From: a bacterium
GTDB lineage: Bacteria; Patescibacteriota; Saccharimonadia; Saccharimonadales; SZUA-47
Assembly (NCBI GenBank): GCA_030427125.1
Contig: JAUHXF010000002.1
Span: 12,248 to 76,247 of the forward strand
Direction: 5' to 3'
DNA: 64,000 nucleotides
The position numbers and the translations under genes were made by a program. The notes below the pieces were generated by a model. The model worked only from the letters and a program-made list of their open reading frames with translations. It made no database searches and had not been told where the DNA came from. Positions 41,195 through 51,722 of this stretch are shown piece after piece (the stretch's first letter is position 1; each line of letters begins with the position of its first letter).

Positions 41195-41620
41195 TTATTT
41201 ATTTCCAAATTTTCTTAGCTGATCATTTATCCAGTCAAGGCGTCCTCTGTTGAACATGAACAGCGTTGTGGCGCCTGCGTTAAATAATAGCCCAAGAATT
41301 GTGTACCAGAACGAATCTCCCAATGTATCTACCCAAAGACCAAAGACAAAGACTCCTGCAAGCCCTATGTCCCATGCCCATTTAATCCAGAAATTATCAG
41401 GAAAGAATATTTTTATGAGATTATCTCCATGTTTCTTCACGAAAATAATGGCGTCGTCTGCCCAGTCGTGATTAACAGCCAGCAGGCCAAACCCCGCTAA
41501 CAATAAGGGAATGCCTCCAGGTCCGGGCAGCGGACCGAGAAAAGGTACAAGAATGAGGCATGTGATACCCGCTAAATCGTACAAGAACACTTTCCACAAT
41601 GGATTTTTGCGTTTGCTCAT
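41195..41620 (-). CDS. PGPGW-motif transmembrane protein
   Basis: LVPFLGPLPGPGGIPLLLAGFGLLA matches the PGPGW family signature. It has 3-4 TM segments. A TATACT -10 lies 8 nt upstream of the ATG. Confidence 0.75.
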   Translation of the reverse strand: MSKRKNPLWKVFLYDLAGITCLILVPFLGPLPGPGGIPLLLAGFGLLAVNHDWADDAIIFVKKHGDNLIKIFFPDNFWIKWAWDIGLAGVFVFGLWVDTLGDSFWYTILGLLFNAGATTLFMFNRGRLDWINDQLRKFGNK

Positions 41621-41729
41621 ATAGGAATAGTATAGTGCAAGCCCAATACGTACACCTAAATTTTTACGAAGTGGTCGGCATGAAAAACGTAACTTGTTAT
41701 TTTTTGGGTATCTATATAAAATTTTAGAA

Positions 41730-42680
41730 ATGGGAAACTTTCATGTCGGTCAAGCAAGGCGTGGTCTGTACTCGGGTAATCGAGTCAGGTCAGCCGCACC
41801 TCCTTCTAGAGAGAGGCTGTTTGGTATGCAGGACGAATCACTTGAGTTGCCGGACTCAGTTCCAATTACACAGCGAACGGCCTCATCGTCTGCAAGTCGA
41901 GGTCGTGGTTTTACTGTCGCGAACTTCAGTGTTGTCAGGCCTTTATTTCAAACAGATGAACTTGCTGCATATCATGCCGAAGTGTCTGATTATTTTAGTG
42001 GAAAGCAGTTTAAAGTACGTAAGCTAGAAAGATGGGCGTTACAGATTGTACCGAGACGAGATTTTGTATATTCATTTATTGATGCGGACGTGCAGCCAGA
42101 CCCACGAGATGTCTATGTAGCATCACGAAGTGTTGTTAGTAGCGTCAGAAAGGTGGTAAAGGGTCTGGAGCGAAAAATTACCATGGACCCCGGTGACATA
42201 GGCACCTTCACTCAAGAGAGACGTACAATTGGGCTTGGAAGTCTCGGGTGGATGGGTTTCCGTCAAGACTATCCAAGAAAAAACTCAGATAATACAGCAA
42301 ATGTTAATCATTATTTAAGAGCCGAAGCAAGTGTTGCGGTTGGTGATGTGGTACAAACACTCTCGAATGGTATCGACAGCACTGGCAATCCGACTCAAGT
42401 TAACTTTGGTCGACTGTTTGGCCTGACGCCACATATTGCCATGGCCGATAAGAGAGGGCAGCAGCCGGTTACTGCTCGTGAAGCTGAAAAAATATCGCAT
42501 GATTTACGTGAGCTAGGCCCGCCTCCAATAGAGCTCTATGACCCAGTTATTGATTACGATATAGGTACGAGTGACGCATTACTAGACCTTGGCGGAGAAA
42601 TAGTAAAAGTTCCTGGGTACGATACAGTTAGGCGGCCAAAAACAAGAGACTTTAATAACCTTACGGTCTTACCGTTCTAA
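41730..42680 (+). CDS. Hypothetical protein
   Basis: A long ORF with an uncertain start (TTG 41694, ATG 41730 or ATG 41826). No motif is recognised with confidence. Confidence 0.55.
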   Translation: MGNFHVGQARRGLYSGNRVRSAAPPSRERLFGMQDESLELPDSVPITQRTASSSASRGRGFTVANFSVVRPLFQTDELAAYHAEVSDYFSGKQFKVRKLERWALQIVPRRDFVYSFIDADVQPDPRDVYVASRSVVSSVRKVVKGLERKITMDPGDIGTFTQERRTIGLGSLGWMGFRQDYPRKNSDNTANVNHYLRAEASVAVGDVVQTLSNGIDSTGNPTQVNFGRLFGLTPHIAMADKRGQQPVTAREAEKISHDLRELGPPPIELYDPVIDYDIGTSDALLDLGGEIVKVPGYDTVRRPKTRDFNNLTVLPF

Positions 42681-42701
42681 CTTACTGCGCGTCGGGATTT
42701 T

Positions 42702-42710
42702 TGGTATAAT
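42702..42710 (+). promoter_or_regulatory. Extended -10 TGgTATAAT, 8 nt upstream of the uvrA ATG
   Basis: The sequence reads ttTGgTATAATagcagttcATG. Confidence 0.5.
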
Positions 42711-42718
42711 AGCAGTTC

Positions 42719-45529
42719 ATGTCTGAGGTAATAAAAGTTCAGGGTGCAAGAGAGCATAACCTGAAAGATGTTGATATTGAGCTACCAAGAAATAGTCTCG
42801 TAGTCATAACTGGATTAAGTGGTTCCGGGAAATCGTCACTTGCATTCGATACTATTTATGCGGAAGGGCAGCGTCGATATGTTGAGTCATTGAGCGCCTA
42901 CGCTCGTCAGTTCTTGGGGCTTATGGAGAAACCAGATGTTGATTACATCGAAGGCCTAAGCCCAGCAATCTCAATAGACCAGAAATCAACAAGTCGCAAC
43001 CCTCGATCCACTGTCGCGACCGTGACCGAAATCTACGATTACCTACGATTATTGTATGCGCGAGTTGGCGTGCCGCACGGACCAGATGGCGAGCCTATCC
43101 AGACAATGACTGCACAAGACATTTCTGATGGCGTGCAGCGCCTACCAGAAGGACATCGACTTATGGTGCTCGCACCTGTCGTAATTGACAAGAAAGGCGA
43201 GCACGCACACATCCCAGAGCTGTACACACGCCAAGGATATGCACGTGTCAGAGTTGATGGTGTCGTCTACAGTCTCGAAGAGTTCCCAGAGCTAGACAAG
43301 AAGTATAAGCACACTATTGAAGTTGTTGTTGATCGGGTTGTAAACAACGAAGATCAAACAAGCCGCATTTTCCAGGCAGTCGAGAACGCATTGCAGCTAG
43401 CTGACGGGCAGTTGCGTGTCCTTGACGCGGACGACAATGATAAAATTCATCGTTTCTCGCAAAAATACTACAACCCGGACTACCCAGATTTCGTTGCGCC
43501 AGAAATGGAGCCGCGAACATTTAGCTTCAACAGTCCACACGGGGCATGTCCAACCTGTACAGGTCTCGGTAATCGTTTAGAGGTTGACCCTGAGCTTGTG
43601 TTGCCCAACGGCAAACTGACAATTGCTGAAGGAGCAATCCGGCCGTACAATCGGATGGCGCCAGACGCGTGGAATATGAAAAAGATGGCTGCTGTGGCGG
43701 AACGTTATAATTTCTCGATTCACGTGCCAACGTCAGAGCTAAGAGAAAGTGACCTAGAGAAAATTCTCTATGGAACAGGGAAAGAGAAGTTTTCTGTTGC
43801 ACTGGGAAGTGGACGGTTCTTTGACACGACCTATGAGGGTGTAATACCGAATCTTGAGCGACGGCATAAAGAAACTGATAGTGACTTCATGCGACGAGAG
43901 ATTGAGCGATTTATGGTTGAGCGTCCATGTCATGTGTGTCACGGGAAAAGGCTGAAGCCTGAAGTGCTAGCTGTAACTTTTAAGAAAAAGTCCATCATGG
44001 ATATTTGTGAATTGCCGGTGTCCGAGGCGACAAAACTTTTTGCCGAGTTTAAGCTTACAGCTACGGAACAAACTATCGCAAAGCAGATTTTTAAAGAGAT
44101 AAATGAACGATTAGGGTTTCTCGACCAAGTTGGGTTAGGCTATCTGACGCTATCACGGAGCGCGAGTACATTGTCGGGTGGTGAAGCGCAACGAATTCGT
44201 CTGGCAACGCAGATTGGATCAGGTCTGCAAGGAGTGCTGTATGTCCTCGACGAGCCGTCAATCGGCCTACATCAACGAGATAATGAGAAGTTAATACAGA
44301 CATTGAAGCGATTAAAAGAACTTGGCAATACGGTATTGGTAGTTGAACATGACGAAGAGACTATCAGGACAGCTGATTATTTGGTAGACATCGGTCCTGG
44401 GGCAGGTGTGCATGGTGGTGAAGTCGTTGCACAAGGTACTCCTGATGAAGTCGCAAAAAACAAAAAGAGCATTACCGGTTCGTATTTACGGGGCGAAACA
44501 GTGGTTGAAGTGCCAAAAACTCGTCGTAAAGGTTCTGGGAAATCTGTCAAAGTTGTCGGTGCTCGAGAACACAACCTCAGAAGTATTGATGTAGAGTTCC
44601 CGCTTGGCAAGATGATTGTGGTGAGTGGCGTGAGTGGGTCAGGAAAAAGTACCTTAGTAAATGATATTTTGGCGAAAGAACTACATGTACGACTGAATCG
44701 AGCACACGAGGCAGTTGGTCGGCATGATGATATGCAGGGTATCGACAATCTCGATAAAGTTATTATTATTGACCAATCTCCAATTGGGAGAACGCCTCGC
44801 TCAAATCCTGCAACGTATGTTGGGCTGTTCACGCCAATTCGTGAGCTATTCGCAAGTACACCAGAGGCGAAAATACGCGGCTACAAAGCTGGCCGGTTTA
44901 GTTTCAATGTCCGTGGTGGACGGTGTGAAAATTGTCAGGGTGATGGCGTCATAAAAATTGAAATGCATTTCCTGCCTGACGTTTTTGTACCGTGCGAAGT
45001 CTGTAAAGGTAAACGCTATAATCGCGAGGCATTGGAGATTCACTATAAAGGAAAAACAGTCGCCGATATTCTTGCGATGACCGTCGAGCAAGCGCATGAG
45101 TTTTTCAAGAATCAGCCGTCAATTTTCCGAAAGCTTGATACGTTGATGCAGGTTGGACTCGGATACATGACACTAGGACAGTCAGCCACGACATTGTCAG
45201 GGGGTGAGGCGCAACGCGTGAAGCTAGCGACTGAACTTTCAAAACGGTCGACCGGACGTACATTATATGTTCTCGACGAACCAACTACTGGTTTGCACAT
45301 GGACGATGTGAAGCGTCTGATGAAAGTTTTACATGCCCTTGTCGATACGGGTAATAGTATGGTGATTATTGAGCATAACCTAGATGTTATTAAATCGGCT
45401 GATCACATTATTGATATGGGGCCAGAAGGTGGCTCCGGTGGTGGTACGGTGGTTGCAGAAGGTACACCGGAGCAGGTCTCAAAGAGTAAAGATTCATTCA
45501 CTGGTCAATTTCTTAAGTCAGTGCTGTGA
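42719..45529 (+). CDS. uvrA: Excinuclease ABC subunit A
   Basis: It has two ABC modules ([12 protein letters not shown] and [11 protein letters not shown]), two LSGGEAQR signatures, and zinc-finger Cys clusters. Confidence 0.97.
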   Translation: MSEVIKVQGAREHNLKDVDIELPRNSLVVITGLSGSGKSSLAFDTIYAEGQRRYVESLSAYARQFLGLMEKPDVDYIEGLSPAISIDQKSTSRNPRSTVATVTEIYDYLRLLYARVGVPHGPDGEPIQTMTAQDISDGVQRLPEGHRLMVLAPVVIDKKGEHAHIPELYTRQGYARVRVDGVVYSLEEFPELDKKYKHTIEVVVDRVVNNEDQTSRIFQAVENALQLADGQLRVLDADDNDKIHRFSQKYYNPDYPDFVAPEMEPRTFSFNSPHGACPTCTGLGNRLEVDPELVLPNGKLTIAEGAIRPYNRMAPDAWNMKKMAAVAERYNFSIHVPTSELRESDLEKILYGTGKEKFSVALGSGRFFDTTYEGVIPNLERRHKETDSDFMRREIERFMVERPCHVCHGKRLKPEVLAVTFKKKSIMDICELPVSEATKLFAEFKLTATEQTIAKQIFKEINERLGFLDQVGLGYLTLSRSASTLSGGEAQRIRLATQIGSGLQGVLYVLDEPSIGLHQRDNEKLIQTLKRLKELGNTVLVVEHDEETIRTADYLVDIGPGAGVHGGEVVAQGTPDEVAKNKKSITGSYLRGETVVEVPKTRRKGSGKSVKVVGAREHNLRSIDVEFPLGKMIVVSGVSGSGKSTLVNDILAKELHVRLNRAHEAVGRHDDMQGIDNLDKVIIIDQSPIGRTPRSNPATYVGLFTPIRELFASTPEAKIRGYKAGRFSFNVRGGRCENCQGDGVIKIEMHFLPDVFVPCEVCKGKRYNREALEIHYKGKTVADILAMTVEQAHEFFKNQPSIFRKLDTLMQVGLGYMTLGQSATTLSGGEAQRVKLATELSKRSTGRTLYVLDEPTTGLHMDDVKRLMKVLHALVDTGNSMVIIEHNLDVIKSADHIIDMGPEGGSGGGTVVAEGTPEQVSKSKDSFTGQFLKSVL

Positions 45530-45885
45530 AAGCGATACTTCGGGAGAATTTAGAAATAATTGATGCCGATTCAAGCGATGCTTTGAAGGCGGCCCAGGCT
45601 AATGTCTGTACTTCTGTAGCATCTAGTCTATGTTTTGCTAGTGGATTTGATGAGCAGAGTGTGGGAGCGCTAGAAGAAACAGCTGCTTGTGTTAGTGATT
45701 GGCTCGTGCCTGTTCTTGGACACACACCATCAGTTGTCGAAGTAAGCGTTGAAGCCTTGCGGAATGAACGTGATAGGCGTATAAGAGACTGGCCGGATAA
45801 TACATACCATCGATATGTGCACCCTCTGCGTTTGCGTATGCAGGCGAGTTTACTCATCGCAAGATATGGCAAAACAGCAGACTAG
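45526..45885 (+). CDS. Hypothetical protein, translationally coupled to uvrA (GTGA overlap)
   Basis: A 119-aa ORF. An equally long antisense ORF exists (45513-45872), so the strand choice rests on operon context only. Confidence 0.4.
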   Translation: MKAILRENLEIIDADSSDALKAAQANVCTSVASSLCFASGFDEQSVGALEETAACVSDWLVPVLGHTPSVVEVSVEALRNERDRRIRDWPDNTYHRYVHPLRLRMQASLLIARYGKTAD

Positions 45886-45949
45886 TACTACCAGAGGTTA
45901 ATCTGGTATAATATAGTAAAGTTAAGTCATAATGTAAGGAATAGACGGC

Positions 45950-46609
45950 ATGTCCGACAGTATTGTATTAGAAGCGCAAAAGCGTGAAGTAACAGGGAAA
46001 AAAGTAAAAGCACTACGTGCTGAAGGTCTCGTGCCAGCTACGGTTTATCAAAAAGGTAAGGACCCGGTTAGCGTACAAGTTTCATATCAACCATTTGTGA
46101 AGGCGTATGCGCAGGCAGGTCTTGGTCAGCCTGTTGAGCTGCAGGTTGATGGTGAAAAGCGACTAACTATGATTAAGGACGTTGCCATTGATCCTGTTAA
46201 AAATACAGTAACGCACGTCGCATTTCATGCCGTACGAGCCGACCGTGTTGTTGAAGCTGAAATTCCAGTTCACATCGAAGGTGACATCCCAGCTGAGGCG
46301 AAGGGTAACTTCGTGGTTCGACCTAATGATCACGTTGTTGTGAAGGCGATTCCAGCTAAACTACCAGAATCTTTTGAGGTTAGTGGTGAAAAACTACAAG
46401 AAGCAGGTGACGCAATCACTGTTGCCGATATTACCATGCCAGCGGACGTTGAAATGGTTTCTGAATCAGAGTTACAGCTAGCAGTTGCTGAAGAGCCGCG
46501 TGTTGTTGAAGAGCCAGAAGAGGAAGAAGTTGTAGATGCTGCAGACGTGCCTGCTGATAACGGTGGCGATTCTTCTGACGAAAAAGCAGAAGAATCTAGC
46601 GAAGAGTAA
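45950..46609 (+). CDS. rplY: Ribosomal protein L25/Ctc with an acidic C-terminal tail
   Basis: LEAQKREVTGKKVKALRAEGLVPATVY matches the family N-terminus. An upstream TGgTATAAT (45904-45912) and an AAGGA SD are present. Confidence 0.9.
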   Translation: MSDSIVLEAQKREVTGKKVKALRAEGLVPATVYQKGKDPVSVQVSYQPFVKAYAQAGLGQPVELQVDGEKRLTMIKDVAIDPVKNTVTHVAFHAVRADRVVEAEIPVHIEGDIPAEAKGNFVVRPNDHVVVKAIPAKLPESFEVSGEKLQEAGDAITVADITMPADVEMVSESELQLAVAEEPRVVEEPEEEEVVDAADVPADNGGDSSDEKAEESSEE

Positions 46610-46645
46610 GACGGTGGGCCCGCGCATAATTAATGCGGGAGAGCG

Positions 46646-46942
46646 GTGATGTCTGGCAGGGAGGTTGTTACACCTCGCTACCGAGAGCGACTGAATGAAC
46701 TTAGTGAGCCTCATCGTTCTGTAGCTTGGAAAGAATTTGAAGCAATCCTGCCAAATTATGGCATTGATAGCAACCTTCTTCCAATTGGATACGGAGAAGC
46801 GTGGTATGGTCCAATGGATGAAATTGCAACAGCGACCATTACGATGTTGCCGGCAGGTGTCGATTTAACGACATTGGATAGGATAGCTGAAGTTTCAGTG
46901 TGGGCGGCAAATAAACTTATACCTCGAATAACTACAGATTAA
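46646..46942 (+). CDS. Hypothetical protein
   Basis: A 98-aa ORF with no recognised motif. Confidence 0.4.
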   Translation: MMSGREVVTPRYRERLNELSEPHRSVAWKEFEAILPNYGIDSNLLPIGYGEAWYGPMDEIATATITMLPAGVDLTTLDRIAEVSVWAANKLIPRITTD

Positions 46943-48720
46943 TCCTGCAAAAATCCACCTGACTGATGCGACCAAAGCTTTGCGTAATGGCCTTTTTTCT
47001 TTATTAACTCTGCATGTGAGCCTTCTTCAAGAATCTTTCCGTTATCAAGTACGATAATTCTATCCATCTTTTGAATGGTGCTTAATCGGTGCGCAATGAC
47101 AATTGCAGTTCGACCTTTCATGAGCCGCCACAGTGCATCTTGAATGAGTTGTTCGCTCTCTGAATCTAATGCTGATGTCGCCTCGTCGAGAATTAGTATT
47201 GGAGCATCTTTCAACAGGGCTCTTGCAATTGCGACACGTTGTTTCTGGCCACCTGAAAGCTTTACGCCTCTTTCACCTACCAGTGTCTTGTAGTCATCCT
47301 CAAGTGTCTGTATGAACTCATGCGCGTTGGCATTTTTAGCGGCTTTTTCTATATCTTTTTTACTTGCTCCCGGTTTACCGTAGGCGATGTTTTCGTCTAG
47401 TCCACGATGAAAGAGCAACGGCTCTTGTGGTACGTATGATATGACACTGCGCAAAGTATCTTGTGTGAGGTCGCGTACGTCAATCCCGCCAATCATTAGA
47501 GACCCGTCATCAATGTCTTTGAAGCGAAGCAATAGGCTAGTAAGCGTTGTTTTGCCTGAACCAGAGTGTCCAACAAGACCAATTGTTTCACCGGGTTTGA
47601 TTTGCAGATTAAAATTCTCGAACAGTGCTTCATTTTCATGCTGAAAATATATGCTATTGAAAGAGATAACTGGATTAGTTTTGATAAGCTTCTTGTGATC
47701 GATCTTCTTTGGGTTTTTAGGGTCTAGTACGGTTGGTTTGCGCAGTAGTGTAAGGGTCGCTTCGCTTGCATCGCCAAATCCACGGTTGAGGTTTTTTAAG
47801 CCGCTTTGTGCAAAATCCCATAGTCGAACAGTTATATTATTTGTGTAATACATAACAAGCAGTACAATGCCAACCTCAGCATCATAGACGACAACACTGA
47901 GTGTCGCTAATGTCAGAGCTGCAACCATGATGCTGGTCGTAACGCCGCCAAAGATTGCTTCGCGCACGAGACTAATGCGCATTAAGCGGTTAATAGAATG
48001 ACGAACATCAATCGTCACATCTTCATACCGCTCAGTCTCAAATTTGCTAGCTGAGAAGCCTTTTACCGCCATGACATTTGTTACCATATCGGCAAGATAG
48101 CCGGTTTGCTTGTTCTCTTTCGCAGCGACGACTTTGTGTTGGTCACGAACTTTCTTGGTCGCTTTTAAAGCCACGGTTATGTATAAGAGTGACAGCGCAA
48201 ACAAAGCGACAACAAGGTATGGAACTTCTCGCCACAATACAAATGCTGCCGCAATAAACATAATGAGCAAGGTGTAAAACTGAAATATAAAAGTTTCGTA
48301 AATACGGAAGAATGATCCGATGAATTTATTGGTGCGAGATACAAGCGAACCTCCGAATGAATTTGCATGAAAGTCCGCATCAAGTGAAGCAAGGTGGTTA
48401 AATATTGTCTGATGCATATCCTGTACTGCAAACATTTCCATTTTCCATGCGAAGTAAATAGCAATACGCCATATAATCGTTCCGCCAATTATGATGAATG
48501 CAGCATACAACAATAAGTCTACGCCGAAGCTACCTAATAAGTCACCACTTGTGAAGTCTCCTGAAGCCAGACGGTTTAGAATCTCAGCTGCAATTATAGG
48601 TGGAATAACTTGATGGATGATGATTGCGAACGGCAAAGAGAATAGAAGTCCAAGTGTGAAAAACTTGTATTCCCAAACATGTTGCCAGTAAATGCGCAGC
48701 GTTGCGCGGTTGGTACTCAT
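46939..48720 (-). CDS. ABC exporter, fused permease and ATPase (MsbA/multidrug type)
   Basis: It has 6 TM segments, then GHSGSGKTT, LSGGQKQR and ILILDEATSALD. ATG 48720 is preferred over 48771. Confidence 0.92.
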   Translation of the reverse strand: MSTNRATLRIYWQHVWEYKFFTLGLLFSLPFAIIIHQVIPPIIAAEILNRLASGDFTSGDLLGSFGVDLLLYAAFIIIGGTIIWRIAIYFAWKMEMFAVQDMHQTIFNHLASLDADFHANSFGGSLVSRTNKFIGSFFRIYETFIFQFYTLLIMFIAAAFVLWREVPYLVVALFALSLLYITVALKATKKVRDQHKVVAAKENKQTGYLADMVTNVMAVKGFSASKFETERYEDVTIDVRHSINRLMRISLVREAIFGGVTTSIMVAALTLATLSVVVYDAEVGIVLLVMYYTNNITVRLWDFAQSGLKNLNRGFGDASEATLTLLRKPTVLDPKNPKKIDHKKLIKTNPVISFNSIYFQHENEALFENFNLQIKPGETIGLVGHSGSGKTTLTSLLLRFKDIDDGSLMIGGIDVRDLTQDTLRSVISYVPQEPLLFHRGLDENIAYGKPGASKKDIEKAAKNANAHEFIQTLEDDYKTLVGERGVKLSGGQKQRVAIARALLKDAPILILDEATSALDSESEQLIQDALWRLMKGRTAIVIAHRLSTIQKMDRIIVLDNGKILEEGSHAELIKKKGHYAKLWSHQSGGFLQD

Positions 48721-48914
48721 AGCTCTTTTCTCGTTTTTGTATTGGACCGACTGGCTCAGTCGTTCATGCAAGAATTTATTTGTCGGTATACAATAGCGCT
48801 TTAAAATTCAAAACGCAAGCTAAAAAACATCTCTGTGAGAAAAATCACAAAGAAGAACTCCCTACAAAAGGAGGGAAAACAGTGGTAGACTGACAGGGTA
48901 ACGAAAGAATTTCA

Positions 48915-50816
48915 TTGGAACAAAATCCATTTCAAAACAATTCAGAATCAGATGATAATGACTGGGAAGTAAGCCCTGAAGATCTTGAAATGGATGATGA
49001 TTCTGAAGAGAAAGAATCTCCAAAGAAACGTAGTTTATTTGAGACAGCAAAAGAACGAACTGAGCGCGAGGAAGAAGAGACCGAAGAAAAGAAGAGTATC
49101 TTTGAGAAGCTGTTAACAGGAGACGAAGAAAAAGACACTGAAGAATCCACAGAAGATGACCCGGTTGAGGGAGGTTTTCTAAACCCAGGAGTGCCAGAAG
49201 AGCCACTTGTCGAAAGTATGCCGGCGACACCTGAAGAAGTAACAAGTGAATTTGAGAGTGTAGTTGAGGGTAGGATCGAACAGGTTGATTCTGAAATTGT
49301 GCAAGAATCTGAACCAACACGCGTTGGTGAGCTGCTTGCCGAGTCGAGTTTACTAGAGGATGTCGTCGACAAAATTGATGAAGGTCAGGATCCTGTTAAT
49401 GCTATCGAGAATGCCACTGAAGAAGCTCTAGAAAATCCAATTCCCGATGCAGGAGTGGAAGAAGTTGTTACTGAAACGCAAGCTCCTGACGCAGAAGTGT
49501 ATTCACCGGATTCCATAGCACCTGTAAGCGAAGCACCTGTACTGAATCCACTAGAGGCTGCCGAAGATGACGAATCAACGAGTACGCGATTACCGACGCC
49601 TCCTCTTGTCGACCCACCGAGCCCAATGCCACCTGTCCCGACGGCTGCAGAACTACACGCTTATGCTTCCACTGAATCCAGCAGCATGTCTACCGACGAA
49701 GAACTAGAGCCAATGAATGATAGTTACAATCGAGACCCTAAAACTGGCAAAGTAATTGCAGCTGGAATAGTAGGTTACGCGCTCGGTAGGCGTGGAGGGA
49801 GAAAGCGTACAGAGGAAAAGCTACAACCAGTTATTAACCAGCAAGAAAGAACCATTGACGATTTAACTGACCAATTAGACACAAGTGAAGAAGCGGTACG
49901 TAAAGCTGCCGCTACTCAACAAGAGAACGAGAAGAAACTTCGCGAGCAGCAAGAGCACGCAACAGCCTATCAGAATGACCAAGAAAAAATTCAAGAAGAA
50001 ATTCAAGCAGCTCATGCAGAAACGATGAAACAAGAAAAAGCTGAATTTGAAGAGCGAGAGAAGCAGCTTGAATCTGAACTGGATCAAGAGGTGCAATTAC
50101 GCGAAGAGGCAGAACGAGTTGCGACTGAAGCACAGCAGGAAGAAGAGATTGTAAAGTTGCGAGAGCAGCAAGCAGCTCAACAAGAATTCGATGAAGTAGC
50201 AGTAGTACAGAATCGAGCTGATATCGAGGCAGAAAAACGCCAAGAAAAGGCAAAAACAGCGGCTTTCGCAGAGCAAAAAGCTAAAGAAAAAGCACGACTG
50301 CAAGAAACGAAGCGCGAAATTGATGCCAATCAGTTACCGCTCCATAAAGTACTCGAAATTGCAGAATTCATACCAATGCGTGGTGATATGAATCTACGGC
50401 AGCTGTACGAATCAAGACGTATAGACGCAGTGAATTTACGTCGCGTGGTTAACGAATTCAATCGTGGTGGAAACTTTGAAAAGACATTAGATACGTCACT
50501 CGAGGCGGTTGAACTGCGCAGTGAGCTGAAACACGAGATTAAGCAGGACACTTCGCAATACAAGACACCAGAAAAAGCTGCACATAGCGTGGTTGATGGG
50601 ATTATTGCTGCAACTGGAGGAGACCCAAACATTGTTGGTCAGCCATCGACTTCAGATGCTACTGGCACAAGCGCGCTCTCGGCTAGCGACGAGCCAGTGA
50701 TCATTACGACGGAAGAGCCAGGATTGGTGATATCAAACGGAACTGCAATCGTGCTTGGTATTTTGGCAGGTATCGTCGTCGTATTACTCATCTTACTCTA
50801 CTCTGGCGTGTTTTAA
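48915..50816 (+). CDS. Highly acidic, coiled-coil-rich protein with a C-terminal TM anchor (hypothetical)
   Basis: It has an E/D-rich N-terminal half, a Pro-rich patch (PTPPLVDPPSPMPPVP), a long E/Q/K coiled-coil region, and a terminal TM (AIVLGILAGIVVVLLILLY). The start is uncertain (TTG 48915). Confidence 0.7.
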   Translation: MEQNPFQNNSESDDNDWEVSPEDLEMDDDSEEKESPKKRSLFETAKERTEREEEETEEKKSIFEKLLTGDEEKDTEESTEDDPVEGGFLNPGVPEEPLVESMPATPEEVTSEFESVVEGRIEQVDSEIVQESEPTRVGELLAESSLLEDVVDKIDEGQDPVNAIENATEEALENPIPDAGVEEVVTETQAPDAEVYSPDSIAPVSEAPVLNPLEAAEDDESTSTRLPTPPLVDPPSPMPPVPTAAELHAYASTESSSMSTDEELEPMNDSYNRDPKTGKVIAAGIVGYALGRRGGRKRTEEKLQPVINQQERTIDDLTDQLDTSEEAVRKAAATQQENEKKLREQQEHATAYQNDQEKIQEEIQAAHAETMKQEKAEFEEREKQLESELDQEVQLREEAERVATEAQQEEEIVKLREQQAAQQEFDEVAVVQNRADIEAEKRQEKAKTAAFAEQKAKEKARLQETKREIDANQLPLHKVLEIAEFIPMRGDMNLRQLYESRRIDAVNLRRVVNEFNRGGNFEKTLDTSLEAVELRSELKHEIKQDTSQYKTPEKAAHSVVDGIIAATGGDPNIVGQPSTSDATGTSALSASDEPVIITTEEPGLVISNGTAIVLGILAGIVVVLLILLYSGVF

Positions 50817-50852
50817 TTTGCTATACTAGTAGTTCGAATAACAGAGACAACT

Positions 50853-51722
50853 ATGCAGAAAATTATCCTTTATTATAAATTTGTACCAATCAATGATCCT
50901 GATATGACGATGCGCTGGCAACGGGAATTGTGTACGCGTCTGAACTTAAAGGGTCGAATTCTGATTAGTCCACACGGGATTAATGGGACATTGGGTGGTG
51001 ACAAACATAATCTAGAACTCTACAAGCGAGCTATGAGTGATACCGATCAGTTCAAAAATATTGTCTACAAATGGTCAGACGGTGGCACTGAGCATTTTCC
51101 TAAGTTGAAGGTAAAAGTGAAACCAGAAATTGTTGCCTTTGATGCAGCAGATGAGATTGTCGTCAGCGAAAAAGGTATAGAAAATGGCGGTAAGCACCTT
51201 AAGCCTGCAGCGCTGCACAAGATGCTTGAAGAAAAGAAACAAAACGGTGAAGAGGTAATTTTCTATGATGGCCGCAATATGTACGAGGCACAAATAGGAA
51301 AGTTTAAAGACACTGTTGTGCCAAAAACAGTCACTTCACGAGACTTCAAAGAAGACATAGAGAAGGGCGAGATTAGTAATCATAAAGATAAGCCGATTGT
51401 CACGTATTGTACGGGTGGTATTCGCTGTGAAATCTTGAGTGCAATGATGAAAAATCGTGGCTATGACGAAGTCTATCAGCTGGATGGTGGCATCGTGAAA
51501 TATGGTGAGAAGTTCAAGGATGAAGGACTGTGGGAAGGTAAATTGTTTGTGTTCGATGATCGAATGCAGATGGGCTTTTCTGACAAAGCCAAGGATATTG
51601 CTACGTGTGAAGAATGTGGTAATAAAACGAGTAATCAAATCAACTCAACAAATGTCCGTAGAAGATTGCATGTAGTCTGCGAGGACTGTGTACGTGAACG
51701 AGAAACTTCAAGCAAAGCTTAA
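50853..51722 (+). CDS. trhO: Rhodanese-domain tRNA U34 hydroxylase TrhO (YceA/UPF0176)
   Basis: ILYYKF...LKGRILISPHGINGTLGG, the rhodanese loop YCTGGIRCE, and a C-terminal CxxC...CxxC are present. Confidence 0.88.
   Translation: MQKIILYYKFVPINDPDMTMRWQRELCTRLNLKGRILISPHGINGTLGGDKHNLELYKRAMSDTDQFKNIVYKWSDGGTEHFPKLKVKVKPEIVAFDAADEIVVSEKGIENGGKHLKPAALHKMLEEKKQNGEEVIFYDGRNMYEAQIGKFKDTVVPKTVTSRDFKEDIEKGEISNHKDKPIVTYCTGGIRCEILSAMMKNRGYDEVYQLDGGIVKYGEKFKDEGLWEGKLFVFDDRMQMGFSDKAKDIATCEECGNKTSNQINSTNVRRRLHVVCEDCVRERETSSKA

Noticed and set aside
45513-45872. A 119-aa - strand ORF that mirrors the + strand ORF 45526-45885.
   Set aside because: The two cannot be separated on sequence alone. The + strand version is preferred because of its GTGA coupling to uvrA and the co-directional context. 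Confidence was kept low.
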